Assembly: GCA_022821965.1 (NCBI GenBank)
Contig: JAJECN010000037.1
Coordinates: 69,421 to 133,420, forward strand
From: Candidatus Poribacteria bacterium
GTDB lineage: Bacteria; Poribacteria; WGA-4E; WGA-3G
Reading direction: 5' to 3'
Length of the DNA stretch: 64,000 bases
Below, one piece after another: positions 1-8,182 of this stretch; position 1 is the first letter of the stretch; every line of letters starts with the position of its first letter. The notes under the pieces were generated by a model, which was not told the origin of the DNA, ran no database searches, and worked only from the letters and a program-made list of their open reading frames with translations. The position numbers were made by a program, and so were the translations under genes.

Positions 1-2
1 GA

Positions 3-437
3 TTCCTCCGGCTGGAGAAAACTTCAGGTCCCCACGCCTTTAGAGGCGATGTCCGATTTGAACGCCATGTCGGACGTTCCTTCAACCTGCGCGGACGGAG
101 CAGTGGGCTCAGAAATGTGCGGGAACTCTTCCTACGTGTGGAACGTAGAGGCAACCAATTCTCGTCTTTCGCGAGTGAGGACGGCATTCAATGGCGGAGT
201 TGTGGACAAACGAATGTTGGCATGGGAAATTCGGTCCATGTTGGCGTACACGCACTATGTCCCGGAAACATCCCACCAACCTTAACCCGCTTCGACTTCT
301 TCCGGGTATTCAAGCGGAAGAGCGAGGTCGCCGAATATCGCCCCATTACGGCTGTACAACACGATCAAATGACCGATGAGGAACGTGAACGTCAAGATGC
401 CGATCGACGTGAACGTGCGATGCGGGACATGTTCTAA
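3..437 (+). CDS. 5'-truncated CDS: C-terminal part of a concanavalin-fold (LamG/DUF1349-like) protein whose start lies left of the window
   Basis: Frame 3 is open from position 3 to the stop at 435-437. The ORF-track M at 117 is internal. The tail ...RRGNQFSSFASEDGIQW...RFDFFRV resembles the terminal strands of concanavalin-like domains. Confidence 0.3.
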   Translation, partial: FLRLEKTSGPHAFRGDVRFERHVGRSFNLRGRSSGLRNVRELFLRVERRGNQFSSFASEDGIQWRSCGQTNVGMGNSVHVGVHALCPGNIPPTLTRFDFFRVFKRKSEVAEYRPITAVQHDQMTDEERERQDADRRERAMRDMF

Positions 438-553
438 ACGCTCTATTTCTGTCAGTGGAACGCGAGGCATTCGTAATATAGTGCTCAAACAAGCTGAAAT
501 TATGGGTCGTGGCATTCATGCCTCAACGATCTGATACCATTTCTGATTGAAAT

Positions 554-610
554 TGTAGCACAAACTTTTAGTTTGTGTTCCCTTGTGGCATAGACTGTTA
601 GTCTGTGCAC
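554..610. repeat. TGTAGCACAAACTTTTAGTTTGTG element plus adjacent hairpin, flanked by inverted GATACCATTTC / GAAATGGTATGATACC at about 534 and about 641
   Basis: Related copies CTGTAGCATAAACTTTTAGTTTGTGC at 13135-13160 and ACTGTAGCATAAACTTTAGTG at 13228-13248. Confidence 0.6.
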
Positions 611-683
611 TCAGGTGCCGTTAATGCGATATAAACTTTTAGAAATGGTATGATACCACTTTAACAGGTGGAAGGAGTGAATC

Positions 684-1583
684 ATGTATCTAAAAAGCGG
701 TACTCGTTTTCAGGATAGACATTTTGTGAAAAATTCACAGTGCTTCACAGTCTTTACGAATGCCAAATGCGCATTCGCCTTTCTCCTTCTCGCGCTTCTC
801 TTATGGAACGCGCAGCCAACCGATGCAATCACGGGTGCGGTTGAAGATGGTTTAGTCGCCTATTGGTCCTTCGACAAAGATACAGTAAAGATTAAAACAG
901 AGGCAGTAGATATCTTGTCAGGGCTAGCTGCCGCTGTTAAGGGGGACCCCGAACTCGCACCCGCTTCCGACTGCCAAGTCGGCGAGTGCATTCTTTTCGA
1001 TGGCAGTGTTGATCGACTCCTCGTTGAAGATTCAAATCCACCGACAATTGATCGTGATTGGGATGAGATCACCTTGGAATGCTGGGTCTATATCAACGCC
1101 CTCGATGACAGTTGGAACAGGATTATCTCACTCGACGATATGCCAGCAAACACCGCAGTCGCGAGCCTCTACTACGACGATGATGACAACCAACACGGCT
1201 TCTTTATCAGAGCCGGTGGCAAATCAACAGTTGCAGCAAAAGACAATGTCCTAAAGGATATTCCACTTGAAGAGTGGTTGCACCTTGTCGGCACCTACGA
1301 CGGTGAAACAGTTCACTACTACGTCAATGGAAAACAGGAAAAGAAGTACGCCATGAAGGGTGGTAAAATCCCAAAAGGTGGGCTTTTCCTCGGTATTGGA
1401 GACCGTTCAGATGGGTGTGATTGCGATACAATTCAAGGGTATATAGACGAATTCCGTATCTATGACCGCGTCTTGAGTGCAGCAGAGGTTCAAAACAACA
1501 TGAAAGCCACAGGGCTTGATGTCAGTCCCTCTCGGAAACACTTGAGCATGACGTGGGGCCACATCAAAGCAAGACGGAGATAG
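684..1583 (+). CDS. secreted LamG/concanavalin A-like lectin-glucanase superfamily protein (LamG_3-like), paralog 1
   Basis: N-terminal signal peptide (…FAFLLLALLLWNAQPTDA). Contains LVAYWSFDKD…, …HLVGTYDGETVHYYVNGK… and …IDEFRIYDRVLSAAEVQ…, typical of Laminin_G_3 jelly-roll proteins. AGGAG RBS lies 8 nt upstream of the ATG. Confidence 0.6.
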   Translation: MYLKSGTRFQDRHFVKNSQCFTVFTNAKCAFAFLLLALLLWNAQPTDAITGAVEDGLVAYWSFDKDTVKIKTEAVDILSGLAAAVKGDPELAPASDCQVGECILFDGSVDRLLVEDSNPPTIDRDWDEITLECWVYINALDDSWNRIISLDDMPANTAVASLYYDDDDNQHGFFIRAGGKSTVAAKDNVLKDIPLEEWLHLVGTYDGETVHYYVNGKQEKKYAMKGGKIPKGGLFLGIGDRSDGCDCDTIQGYIDEFRIYDRVLSAAEVQNNMKATGLDVSPSRKHLSMTWGHIKARRR

Positions 1584-1669
1584 TTTTCCAATTTACCGTA
1601 CGGTTAAACAACGTCGAGTTGGCAGTTGAATTCACATTTCCTAAACGAGCCGCAAGGAAAATTAAAAAT

Positions 1670-2038
1670 ATGGAAACGATTGGGATTGGCATCATTGGGT
1701 GCGACGATATGGGGAGACACCTTGCCATCAGTGCGCATGCTGTTGAAGGTTTAGAAGTTATCTGCGTTAGTGACTCACAAGAAGCACTGGCTGAAAAACT
1801 TGCCGCAGACCTCAATGTGTCATGGACATCGGATTATCATGAATTGCTCTCAGATGACCGGGTTCATGTGGTGTTAATTGCTACGTCACCTTCGCAGCAG
1901 ATCGTAACTGATACGGTGGCAGCTGGTAAATATGATTTTCATAGCATAGCACCACTCGACACAAAAGGCATTCAACAGATGCTCATTGAACATTTACTCC
2001 CGCCAGCGGAATTTTTTGATAACTTTAGAAACAGGTAG
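1670..2038 (+). pseudogene. truncated tandem paralog of the downstream Gfo/Idh/MocA oxidoreductase (N-terminal about 110 aa only, degenerate NAD-binding loop)
   Basis: METIGIGIIGCDDMGRHLAISAHAVEGLEVICVSD… is nearly identical to the N-terminus of the 2274..3281 product, but GxGxxG is changed to GCDDMG. It diverges and stops after about 120 aa. The same 5' leader (aaacgaGccgcaaggaaaAttaaaaatATG) is duplicated in front of it. Confidence 0.5.
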
Positions 2039-2184
2039 ATATTTATTAGTAGGTGCATCATTAGCGAGGTTTCCAAACCCATTTTTGATAAGGTAGGTTA
2101 GGGGTTGGTTTCCGATCAACCCAACCTACAAGGTTATAAGGAAATTTAAAATATAGAACGATTGGGCTTGGCGTCATAATGATC

Positions 2185-2264
2185 GTAAGCCCAAGCAACG
2201 CGCCGGGCTGGATATACGCACAGGAGCGTTTTCGCGAAACCCGCCTAAACGAACCGCAAGGAAA
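2185..2264 (+). promoter_or_regulatory. duplicated promoter/leader module copy 1 (GTAAGCCCAAGCAACGCGCCGGGCTGGATATACG … CCTAAACGAACCGCAAGGAAATTTAAAAATATG)
   Basis: The same 34-nt block recurs at 3337-3370. The AACGA(A/G)CCG(C/T)AAGGAAA leader recurs at 1643-1660, 2244-2264, 3308-3327, 3396-3416 and 3426-3441, each time 10-12 nt before an ATG. Confidence 0.5.
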
Positions 2265-2273
2265 TTTAAAAAT

Positions 2274-3281
2274 ATGGAAACGATAGGAATTGGCGTTATC
2301 GGATGCGGCGGCATGGGCAGAAGCCTTGCCACCAGTGCACACGCCGTTGAAGGAATAGAGGTTATCTGCGTTAGCGATCTGCAAGAAGCATTAGCAGAAA
2401 AACTCGCTACAGACCTCGATGCGTCCTACACGTTAGATTACCACGAACTACTCACCGATGACCAGATTCAAGCGGTGCTAATCGCGTCGCCGCCCTTTAT
2501 GCACGCACAGATGGCAGTCGATGCAGCGAACGCTGGCAAACACGTCTTCTCTGAAAAACCGATGGCACCGACGCTGCCCGATTGCGACGCGATGATCGCC
2601 GCTGCCGAAGAAAACGGTGTCAAACTGACCATCGGCTTGGTCTGCCGTTACCATGCAACGCATTCAGCAGTCCGAGAAATCGTGCAGAGTGGTGAACTTG
2701 GCGCACCTGCCTGTATGATGGTGCATCGTATCGGCGGACCTTGGCGTAGCGGCGGGAGTTATGTCCCGTGGCGATTAGAACGCGCAAAGTCCGGCGGAAG
2801 TCTCATGGAAATCAACGCCCATGAAATCGACTTTATGCGCTGGACCTGCGGCGATGTCGTCTCCGTCTATGGGGCTGGTGGTCAATACGTCCAAAAAGAG
2901 AGCGACTATCCAGACGTTGTGCTTGCTTCCCTACAGTTCGCAAACGGCGCAGTAGGTTTACTCCACTCCAGTCATATTTCTGCCGTCGGCGGATACGGCG
3001 GACGCGTTGACTGTGAAGGCGGTTCTATCTATTTCCCACAGACCTGGGGTGGCGATGCGACTATCCAGATCAAACCCTTTGAGGGTGAAGGACGGCAGAT
3101 TAAAATCGCAGATATTGAGGTGCCACCACCAGTCCAAGAAGAGATCCGCGTCTTCGTCGAGGCGATCCGTAACGATACACCCCCTCCGATTACAGGATTA
3201 GACGGTCGTGCCGCAGTCGAAATCGCGCTCGCTGCATATCAATCCGTTGAGAGTGGGGAACCCGTTCCGTTACCTTTATAG
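2274..3281 (+). CDS. Gfo/Idh/MocA family NAD(P)-dependent oxidoreductase
   Basis: Rossmann GIGVIGCGGMG motif at the N-terminus. An EKP motif (…SEKPMAP…) is followed by an α/β C-terminal domain. Length is 335 aa. Confidence 0.85.
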   Translation: METIGIGVIGCGGMGRSLATSAHAVEGIEVICVSDLQEALAEKLATDLDASYTLDYHELLTDDQIQAVLIASPPFMHAQMAVDAANAGKHVFSEKPMAPTLPDCDAMIAAAEENGVKLTIGLVCRYHATHSAVREIVQSGELGAPACMMVHRIGGPWRSGGSYVPWRLERAKSGGSLMEINAHEIDFMRWTCGDVVSVYGAGGQYVQKESDYPDVVLASLQFANGAVGLLHSSHISAVGGYGGRVDCEGGSIYFPQTWGGDATIQIKPFEGEGRQIKIADIEVPPPVQEEIRVFVEAIRNDTPPPITGLDGRAAVEIALAAYQSVESGEPVPLPL

Positions 3282-3336
3282 TCATCGGCTATCAGGCATC
3301 AGTAAAGAAACGAACCGTAAGGAAAAGTAACAGTTT

Positions 3337-3441
3337 GTAAGCCCAAGCAACGCGCCGGGCTGGATATACGTTTAGGGAAGTTTTCATCAAATCCACCTAA
3401 ACGAACCGCAAGGAAACTTAAAAAAGCGAACCGCAAGGAAA
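3337..3441 (+). promoter_or_regulatory. duplicated promoter/leader module copy 2, with the leader motif present twice in tandem, upstream of the UxuA-like gene
   Basis: See copy 1; direct sequence identity. Confidence 0.5.
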
Positions 3442-3450
3442 TATAAAAAT

Positions 3451-4389
3451 ATGAAAATTTCAGTCTGGGATGGTGGACTTTCAGAGAGTTATCTTAAACA
3501 GGTCACGCAACTCGGCGCAGATTGCGTCGACTTCGGAAACGGCGGTGCTTTCCCCGGCGTTAACGAACAGGGTTACCCCGATCTGGACGAAGTGCTAAAA
3601 ATAAAGAAACGGATCCGTGCATGGGGACTCGACATCAACCGCGTAACGCTCCCGAACATCACAGAAAAGTTCATGACGGGACAACCCGACGGTGAAAAGG
3701 AACTGGAAAACACATGTAATGCGCTTCGGGTCTTCGCCGAAGCCGGTGTGCCTATCGCACGTCAACGCTTCTGGGGAGATACCTTCGACTATCTCATGAC
3801 GCGCTATCCTTCTATCCATAGAGGCGGGTATACCTCACGCGGCGAAAGCCGTGCCGCCACCAAAAATCCGCCGGACACCCCCACAATGGAAGCACTCGAC
3901 GAATGGTGGAAACGTTTCACCGAGGTCTACGGCGCACTCGTCCCTATCGCTGACGAACACGACATCAAACTCGCTATCCATCCGTCAGATGTGCCAAACC
4001 CGGACACACCGCTCGGCAGCCTCGGTTTTCATCGTGTCATCGATGCCTTCCCAAGCAGGAATGTTGGCTACCTTTACTGTTGTGGCACCCGCGCCGAAGC
4101 AGGAGGCAGCACCATTGTCCTTGACGAAATCAACAACTATGGACGTAAAGGGCGCATCTTCATGGTTCACCTACGGAACGTACGTGGAAGTCTCTCAACG
4201 GCTGGAGCGTTCGAGGAAGTCCTCCTCGACGATGGCGATATGAACGCCTTCAAAATTGTCCGAGAACTTCAAAAGGTCGGATTCGATGGATGCATCAACG
4301 CCGATCACATTCCGAGATTAGAAGGCGACGTTGGGTTAGCCTATTCCGTTGGTTATATCAAGGCACTGTTTGCGGCATTGGCGGCATAA
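3451..4389 (+). CDS. mannonate dehydratase (UxuA)-like xylose-isomerase-fold TIM-barrel enzyme
   Basis: Stretches …KLAIHPSDVPNP…, …GYLYCCGTRAEAGG…, …RIFMVHLRNVRG… and …ADHIPRLEGD parallel the UxuA motifs MAVHPDDPP, MCTGSYG, IYFTHLR and RPDHGH. Confidence 0.5.
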   Translation: MKISVWDGGLSESYLKQVTQLGADCVDFGNGGAFPGVNEQGYPDLDEVLKIKKRIRAWGLDINRVTLPNITEKFMTGQPDGEKELENTCNALRVFAEAGVPIARQRFWGDTFDYLMTRYPSIHRGGYTSRGESRAATKNPPDTPTMEALDEWWKRFTEVYGALVPIADEHDIKLAIHPSDVPNPDTPLGSLGFHRVIDAFPSRNVGYLYCCGTRAEAGGSTIVLDEINNYGRKGRIFMVHLRNVRGSLSTAGAFEEVLLDDGDMNAFKIVRELQKVGFDGCINADHIPRLEGDVGLAYSVGYIKALFAALAA

Positions 4390-4445
4390 TCTACAAAAAA
4401 CATCGGTTTCTTTACCTTCATTAGAAATTCAGGATAGGAGGAAAT

Positions 4446-5444
4446 ATGAAACGCTCACTAATTTATGTGGTGTTAGGGACGATGTTATTGGTAGGGTCTT
4501 TCACGTTTGTCAGCAATGGGTGGACGGATGAACGTGATGTCCTCTCTTTTATTTCCACAACGGACGAAGACCGTCCTATCATCCTCATGAATACCCAAGG
4601 GGAGGTCCTCCAAAAACTGAGGACGGAACCGGGACATCTATACACCTTCACCTGGTCTCCTGATAGACGCTCAATTGCCTATGAAGCGTGTCAAAACGCG
4701 AACTGTCAGATTTATCTGATGGAGATAAGCACGAATGTGAGAAGGCATGCACACCACCAGTTGACTTTCAATGGTGATAAAAACGAGTGGCCCGCGTGGT
4801 CACCGAATGGGAAATGGATCGCATTCACCTCTGAGCGTGCCGGGGACAGGGATATCTACAAAATGGATGTAGATGGCGAAAATGTGATACGACTGACGAA
4901 AGAAAGAAAGTGTGACGAACCCGTTTGGTCTCCGGATAGCCGATGGATCGCCTTTGTTTCTCATCATGATGCCACCCTTTTCGTAATGGATGCTGAAGGG
5001 AAAAACGTCCGGCATCTCGGGAAGCGCGGTGAGGCCCTCCTTAAATGCACGTGGTCGCCGGATGGCAAGCAGATCGCTTTTATCTCAGCGGATATTGAAG
5101 ACGGAATCGTGTACACTATTGAGGTAATTGACGTAGATGGACAAAACATGCGCCAACTCACGAAGTCCGAAAACGGAATAGTTATCCGGGAACTTGCATG
5201 GTCGCCGAGTGGCAAATGGATCGCCTATATTCTGACACAGCCAAACGGGAACATAGCACAGCTTTTTGCGAATGGGGTCGTCAATATTGTAGATACAGTG
5301 GGCGGTGGAGGGAAACCAATTGAAGCGACGAAAGGAATAGGTGCCCGGTATCTGAGTTGGGCACCAACAGAATTTCTCTCCGTATCCCCGAGTGCAGAAA
5401 AGCAGACGGTCCTCTGGGGGCAGCTCAAGCAAACTAAGAAGTAG
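4446..5444 (+). CDS. TolB-like periplasmic beta-propeller protein (PD40/WD40-like repeats)
   Basis: Signal peptide. Repeated WSPDxxxIAF units (WSPDRRSIAY, WSPNGKWIAF, WSPDSRWIAF, WSPDGKQIAF, WSPSGKWIAY). Confidence 0.7.
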   Translation: MKRSLIYVVLGTMLLVGSFTFVSNGWTDERDVLSFISTTDEDRPIILMNTQGEVLQKLRTEPGHLYTFTWSPDRRSIAYEACQNANCQIYLMEISTNVRRHAHHQLTFNGDKNEWPAWSPNGKWIAFTSERAGDRDIYKMDVDGENVIRLTKERKCDEPVWSPDSRWIAFVSHHDATLFVMDAEGKNVRHLGKRGEALLKCTWSPDGKQIAFISADIEDGIVYTIEVIDVDGQNMRQLTKSENGIVIRELAWSPSGKWIAYILTQPNGNIAQLFANGVVNIVDTVGGGGKPIEATKGIGARYLSWAPTEFLSVSPSAEKQTVLWGQLKQTKK

Positions 5445-5466
5445 CGAGTGCTTTAACAACGTGTAT

Positions 5467-6474
5467 ATGTACACCATAGCCCCCCTTACCTCTCAAAACC
5501 AGAACGAGTGGGACACCATTATTCGGCAGTGTCCGGGGAGTACTGCCTTCCAAAGCTTCGCGTGGCGAGATGCATTAACGAGGTCATTCAAACAACTTAC
5601 CCCAGTCTATTCGCTCATTAAGCAAGAAGACACAACAGTAGGTGGGCTGCCCGCCTTCGTCTTCCAACCAATACCGGGCATCCGTTTATGGCACTCAATG
5701 CCGTGGAACCTATTCGGCGGTATACATCTCGTAGATTCATCGCAGGTAAACCCTGAAGCATTGATAACATCTATTGAAACGGCGGCAACGGAAAAAGGAT
5801 GGTGTGAGATTCGCTGGACGTTGACACCAGAACATACCGCGATCTACGGCGATTCTCTCACCGAAGCCGGTTACGAACGCATAAATCACTTCACACATCT
5901 TTTAAAGACAAATGGGAATATTGATGCACTCTGGCACGCCTATAACAAACGGGTGCGGGGAGCGGTCCGGAAAGCAGAAAAATCGGGTGTAGAAGTCACG
6001 AATACGGACAGCGCAGAGGCGTTATCCACATTCTATGACCTGTATCTCGCTACGGTAAAACAGTTAGGAGGTACACCGAAGCCGCGCACACTCATGCAAA
6101 CGCTTTTACAGCAAAAAATCGCCAGACTCGCTATTGCTACATATCGCGATACAATGATCGCCGGATTACTCTATCTACATTTCAACCGGACCGTAACCTT
6201 GTGGTGCGAGGCATCCGTGCCAGAATTCTTGAAATACCGTCCCAACAACGCGATTTTCCACTACATCATTACACAAGCGTGCCGTGAAAAATATGAATGG
6301 GTGGATTTCGGAGCATCGCCGCCGGAGAACACAGGGTTAATCGCGCATAAGGAACAGTATCGCGCAGTCCGCACAGATTTCGCGAGTTACACAAAGGTCA
6401 TTTCACCACTGAAAAGAGCACTGTGGACCCAGAGTGAGGGAGCACTTCGCCAAATTTATACGTGGATGCAGTGA
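5467..6474 (+). CDS. FemAB-like / GNAT-fold acetyltransferase family protein (Acetyltransf_6-like)
   Basis: About 335 aa from ATG 5467 (MYTIAPL…). General FemAB/BioF2-like pattern (…LRSYKxxFG…, C-terminal …WVDFG…). The ORF-track start at 5392 would overlap the previous gene by 53 nt. Confidence 0.45.
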   Translation: MYTIAPLTSQNQNEWDTIIRQCPGSTAFQSFAWRDALTRSFKQLTPVYSLIKQEDTTVGGLPAFVFQPIPGIRLWHSMPWNLFGGIHLVDSSQVNPEALITSIETAATEKGWCEIRWTLTPEHTAIYGDSLTEAGYERINHFTHLLKTNGNIDALWHAYNKRVRGAVRKAEKSGVEVTNTDSAEALSTFYDLYLATVKQLGGTPKPRTLMQTLLQQKIARLAIATYRDTMIAGLLYLHFNRTVTLWCEASVPEFLKYRPNNAIFHYIITQACREKYEWVDFGASPPENTGLIAHKEQYRAVRTDFASYTKVISPLKRALWTQSEGALRQIYTWMQ

Positions 6475-6510
6475 GACAGAACAGCCCATTTTACCCATAA
6501 AGGAACAGCA

Positions 6511-7869
6511 ATGGAAACCACCCGTAAACCTAATCTAATTTTTGTTTTCGGCGACCAGCACCGCCAATGCGATGTCGGATGCGCAGGCAATCCGCAAGTG
6601 CAAACGCCAGCGATGGATCAACTCGCACAAGAAGGGATGTTTTTTCCGAACACCTTCACCAACGTCCCAATATGTGTGCCTGCGCGTGGATGTCTCATGA
6701 CAGGCAAATACCCGTTGAACCACAAAGCCGTTTCCAACGATCTACCGCTCCCTTTGACGGAGACCGGCATTGCCGAAGTCTTCAAAGAAGCCGGATACGC
6801 AACCGGCTACATCGGCAAATGGCACCTCGGCGGTATGCCGAGAGACAAATTCATCACGCCTCAAATGCGGTTCGGCTTTGACCATTGGATCGGATGGAAT
6901 TGCCATCATAACTATTTCAATGCACCTTACCACGACTCTGATGGGAATCAGATGCAGATTGACGACTACGAACCGGAGTTCCAAACCGATCAGGCGATTC
7001 AATACTGCCGCGACCACGTCGATGAACCCTTCTGCCTCTATATGAGTTGGGGACCACCGCACAATCCTTATGAACATGTCCCTGAACGTTACAAAGAGAT
7101 GTATCCACCGGACCAGATTCAGTTACGTCCAAACGCGACAGATACACCCGCGACGCGGAAAGACATCTCCGGCTACTATGCGCATATCACGGCTCTGGAT
7201 GAAAACCTTGCACGCTTGATGACTGCCCTCGACGAACTCGGTATCGCTGACGACACCATCCTCGTCTACACGTCTGACCACGGGGATATGCTCGGCAGTC
7301 ATGGACACGTCAGAAAAGAACGTCCATGGGAAGAATCTGCGCGTATCCCGTTTATGATCCGCTGGTCCCGTGGAATCCCAGCAGGTGTTACCCGCGATAC
7401 CTTGCTTAGCCTCGTTGATTTTATGCCGTCAATGTTGTCCTTATGCGACCTACCGATCCCGGCGGGTGTCGAAGGCATCGACCTTTCAGAAGCGATGCTC
7501 GGCAAGACAATTGACGAGCCACAGTCTGTCTTCCTTGGAGTCCCATTACATGGGAGTGAAGGCTTCCACTTCGGCATCCGCGAGTGGCGTGGTGTCCGAA
7601 CGCATCGCCACACTTACGCACGTCATTACGACGAAACGGGATGGCTCCTCTACGACAACGACAACGATCCATATCAGATGAACAATCTCATAGACGATGC
7701 AGACTCACAAGGACTTCAGGCAGAATTAGAGACAGAGCTCCAAGAGTGGCTAACCCGAGTAAACGATCCATTTCTACCCGGAATTGAACACATCCGACAA
7801 CTCGGTCTATCGGAGTTGTGGAACATCAGCGAACAGCGGTTCGGCGGCGGAAAACCCCGCTGGGCATAA
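6511..7869 (+). CDS. sulfatase (formylglycine-dependent arylsulfatase family), no signal peptide
   Basis: N-terminal PNLIFVFGDQHR. Formylglycine signature C-V-P-A-R-G (CxPxR). Later …YTSDHGDMLGSHG… sulfatase motifs. 452 aa. Confidence 0.85.
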   Translation: METTRKPNLIFVFGDQHRQCDVGCAGNPQVQTPAMDQLAQEGMFFPNTFTNVPICVPARGCLMTGKYPLNHKAVSNDLPLPLTETGIAEVFKEAGYATGYIGKWHLGGMPRDKFITPQMRFGFDHWIGWNCHHNYFNAPYHDSDGNQMQIDDYEPEFQTDQAIQYCRDHVDEPFCLYMSWGPPHNPYEHVPERYKEMYPPDQIQLRPNATDTPATRKDISGYYAHITALDENLARLMTALDELGIADDTILVYTSDHGDMLGSHGHVRKERPWEESARIPFMIRWSRGIPAGVTRDTLLSLVDFMPSMLSLCDLPIPAGVEGIDLSEAMLGKTIDEPQSVFLGVPLHGSEGFHFGIREWRGVRTHRHTYARHYDETGWLLYDNDNDPYQMNNLIDDADSQGLQAELETELQEWLTRVNDPFLPGIEHIRQLGLSELWNISEQRFGGGKPRWA

Positions 7870-7884
7870 TTTTCTAATTATTAA

Positions 7885-8050
7885 CCCAAGTTGCTACTAA
7901 CGAGTTTTTGAACATTTTAAGAAGATTGTTCAGGTGTTTCTCTACCCCGTAGGGGTAATATTGCTTCGCAGTGAGAATAGAAACAGCGTATTTAAGCAAC
8001 TGCACCCTGTAGGGGTGCTATGTCTATGCATAGGTGGCAACTCGCGTTAA
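7885..8050. repeat. composite dispersed intergenic repeat, copy 1 (CAAGTTGCTACTAAC… + ACCCCGTAGGGGT palindrome + TATTGCTTCGCAGTGAGAATAG + CACCCTGTAGGGGTG)
   Basis: A second copy with the same module order lies at 21165-21340. Confidence 0.7.
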
Positions 8051-8182
8051 TTATTAGACCTTCAGGACTTATGTAATCTATCAACTTATCGTTTGTCCGA
8101 GGGAACTCCGATTCCCGACCTTTCCGAAAATATCTACGTATTTTACGCTTTATCGCAAAACTAACATAGGAGACATCAACCT

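Noticed and set aside
860-1072. Numerous antisense or overlapping ORFs of 60-170 aa (e.g. 860..1072-, 6742..7077-, 10885..11346+, 22713..23105+, 25668..26150+, 28534..28926+, 37429..37941+, 60574..61029+)
   Set aside because: They are fully embedded in, and opposite or out of frame with, long ORFs that have clear family signatures. Several show repetitive low-complexity translations typical of antisense frames of repeat proteins.
1553-2038. ORF-track start at 1553 for the short oxidoreductase-like ORF
   Set aside because: Homology to the full-length paralog begins exactly at the internal METIGIG (1670). That site is preceded by the shared leader motif, so the upstream 39 codons are treated as non-coding.
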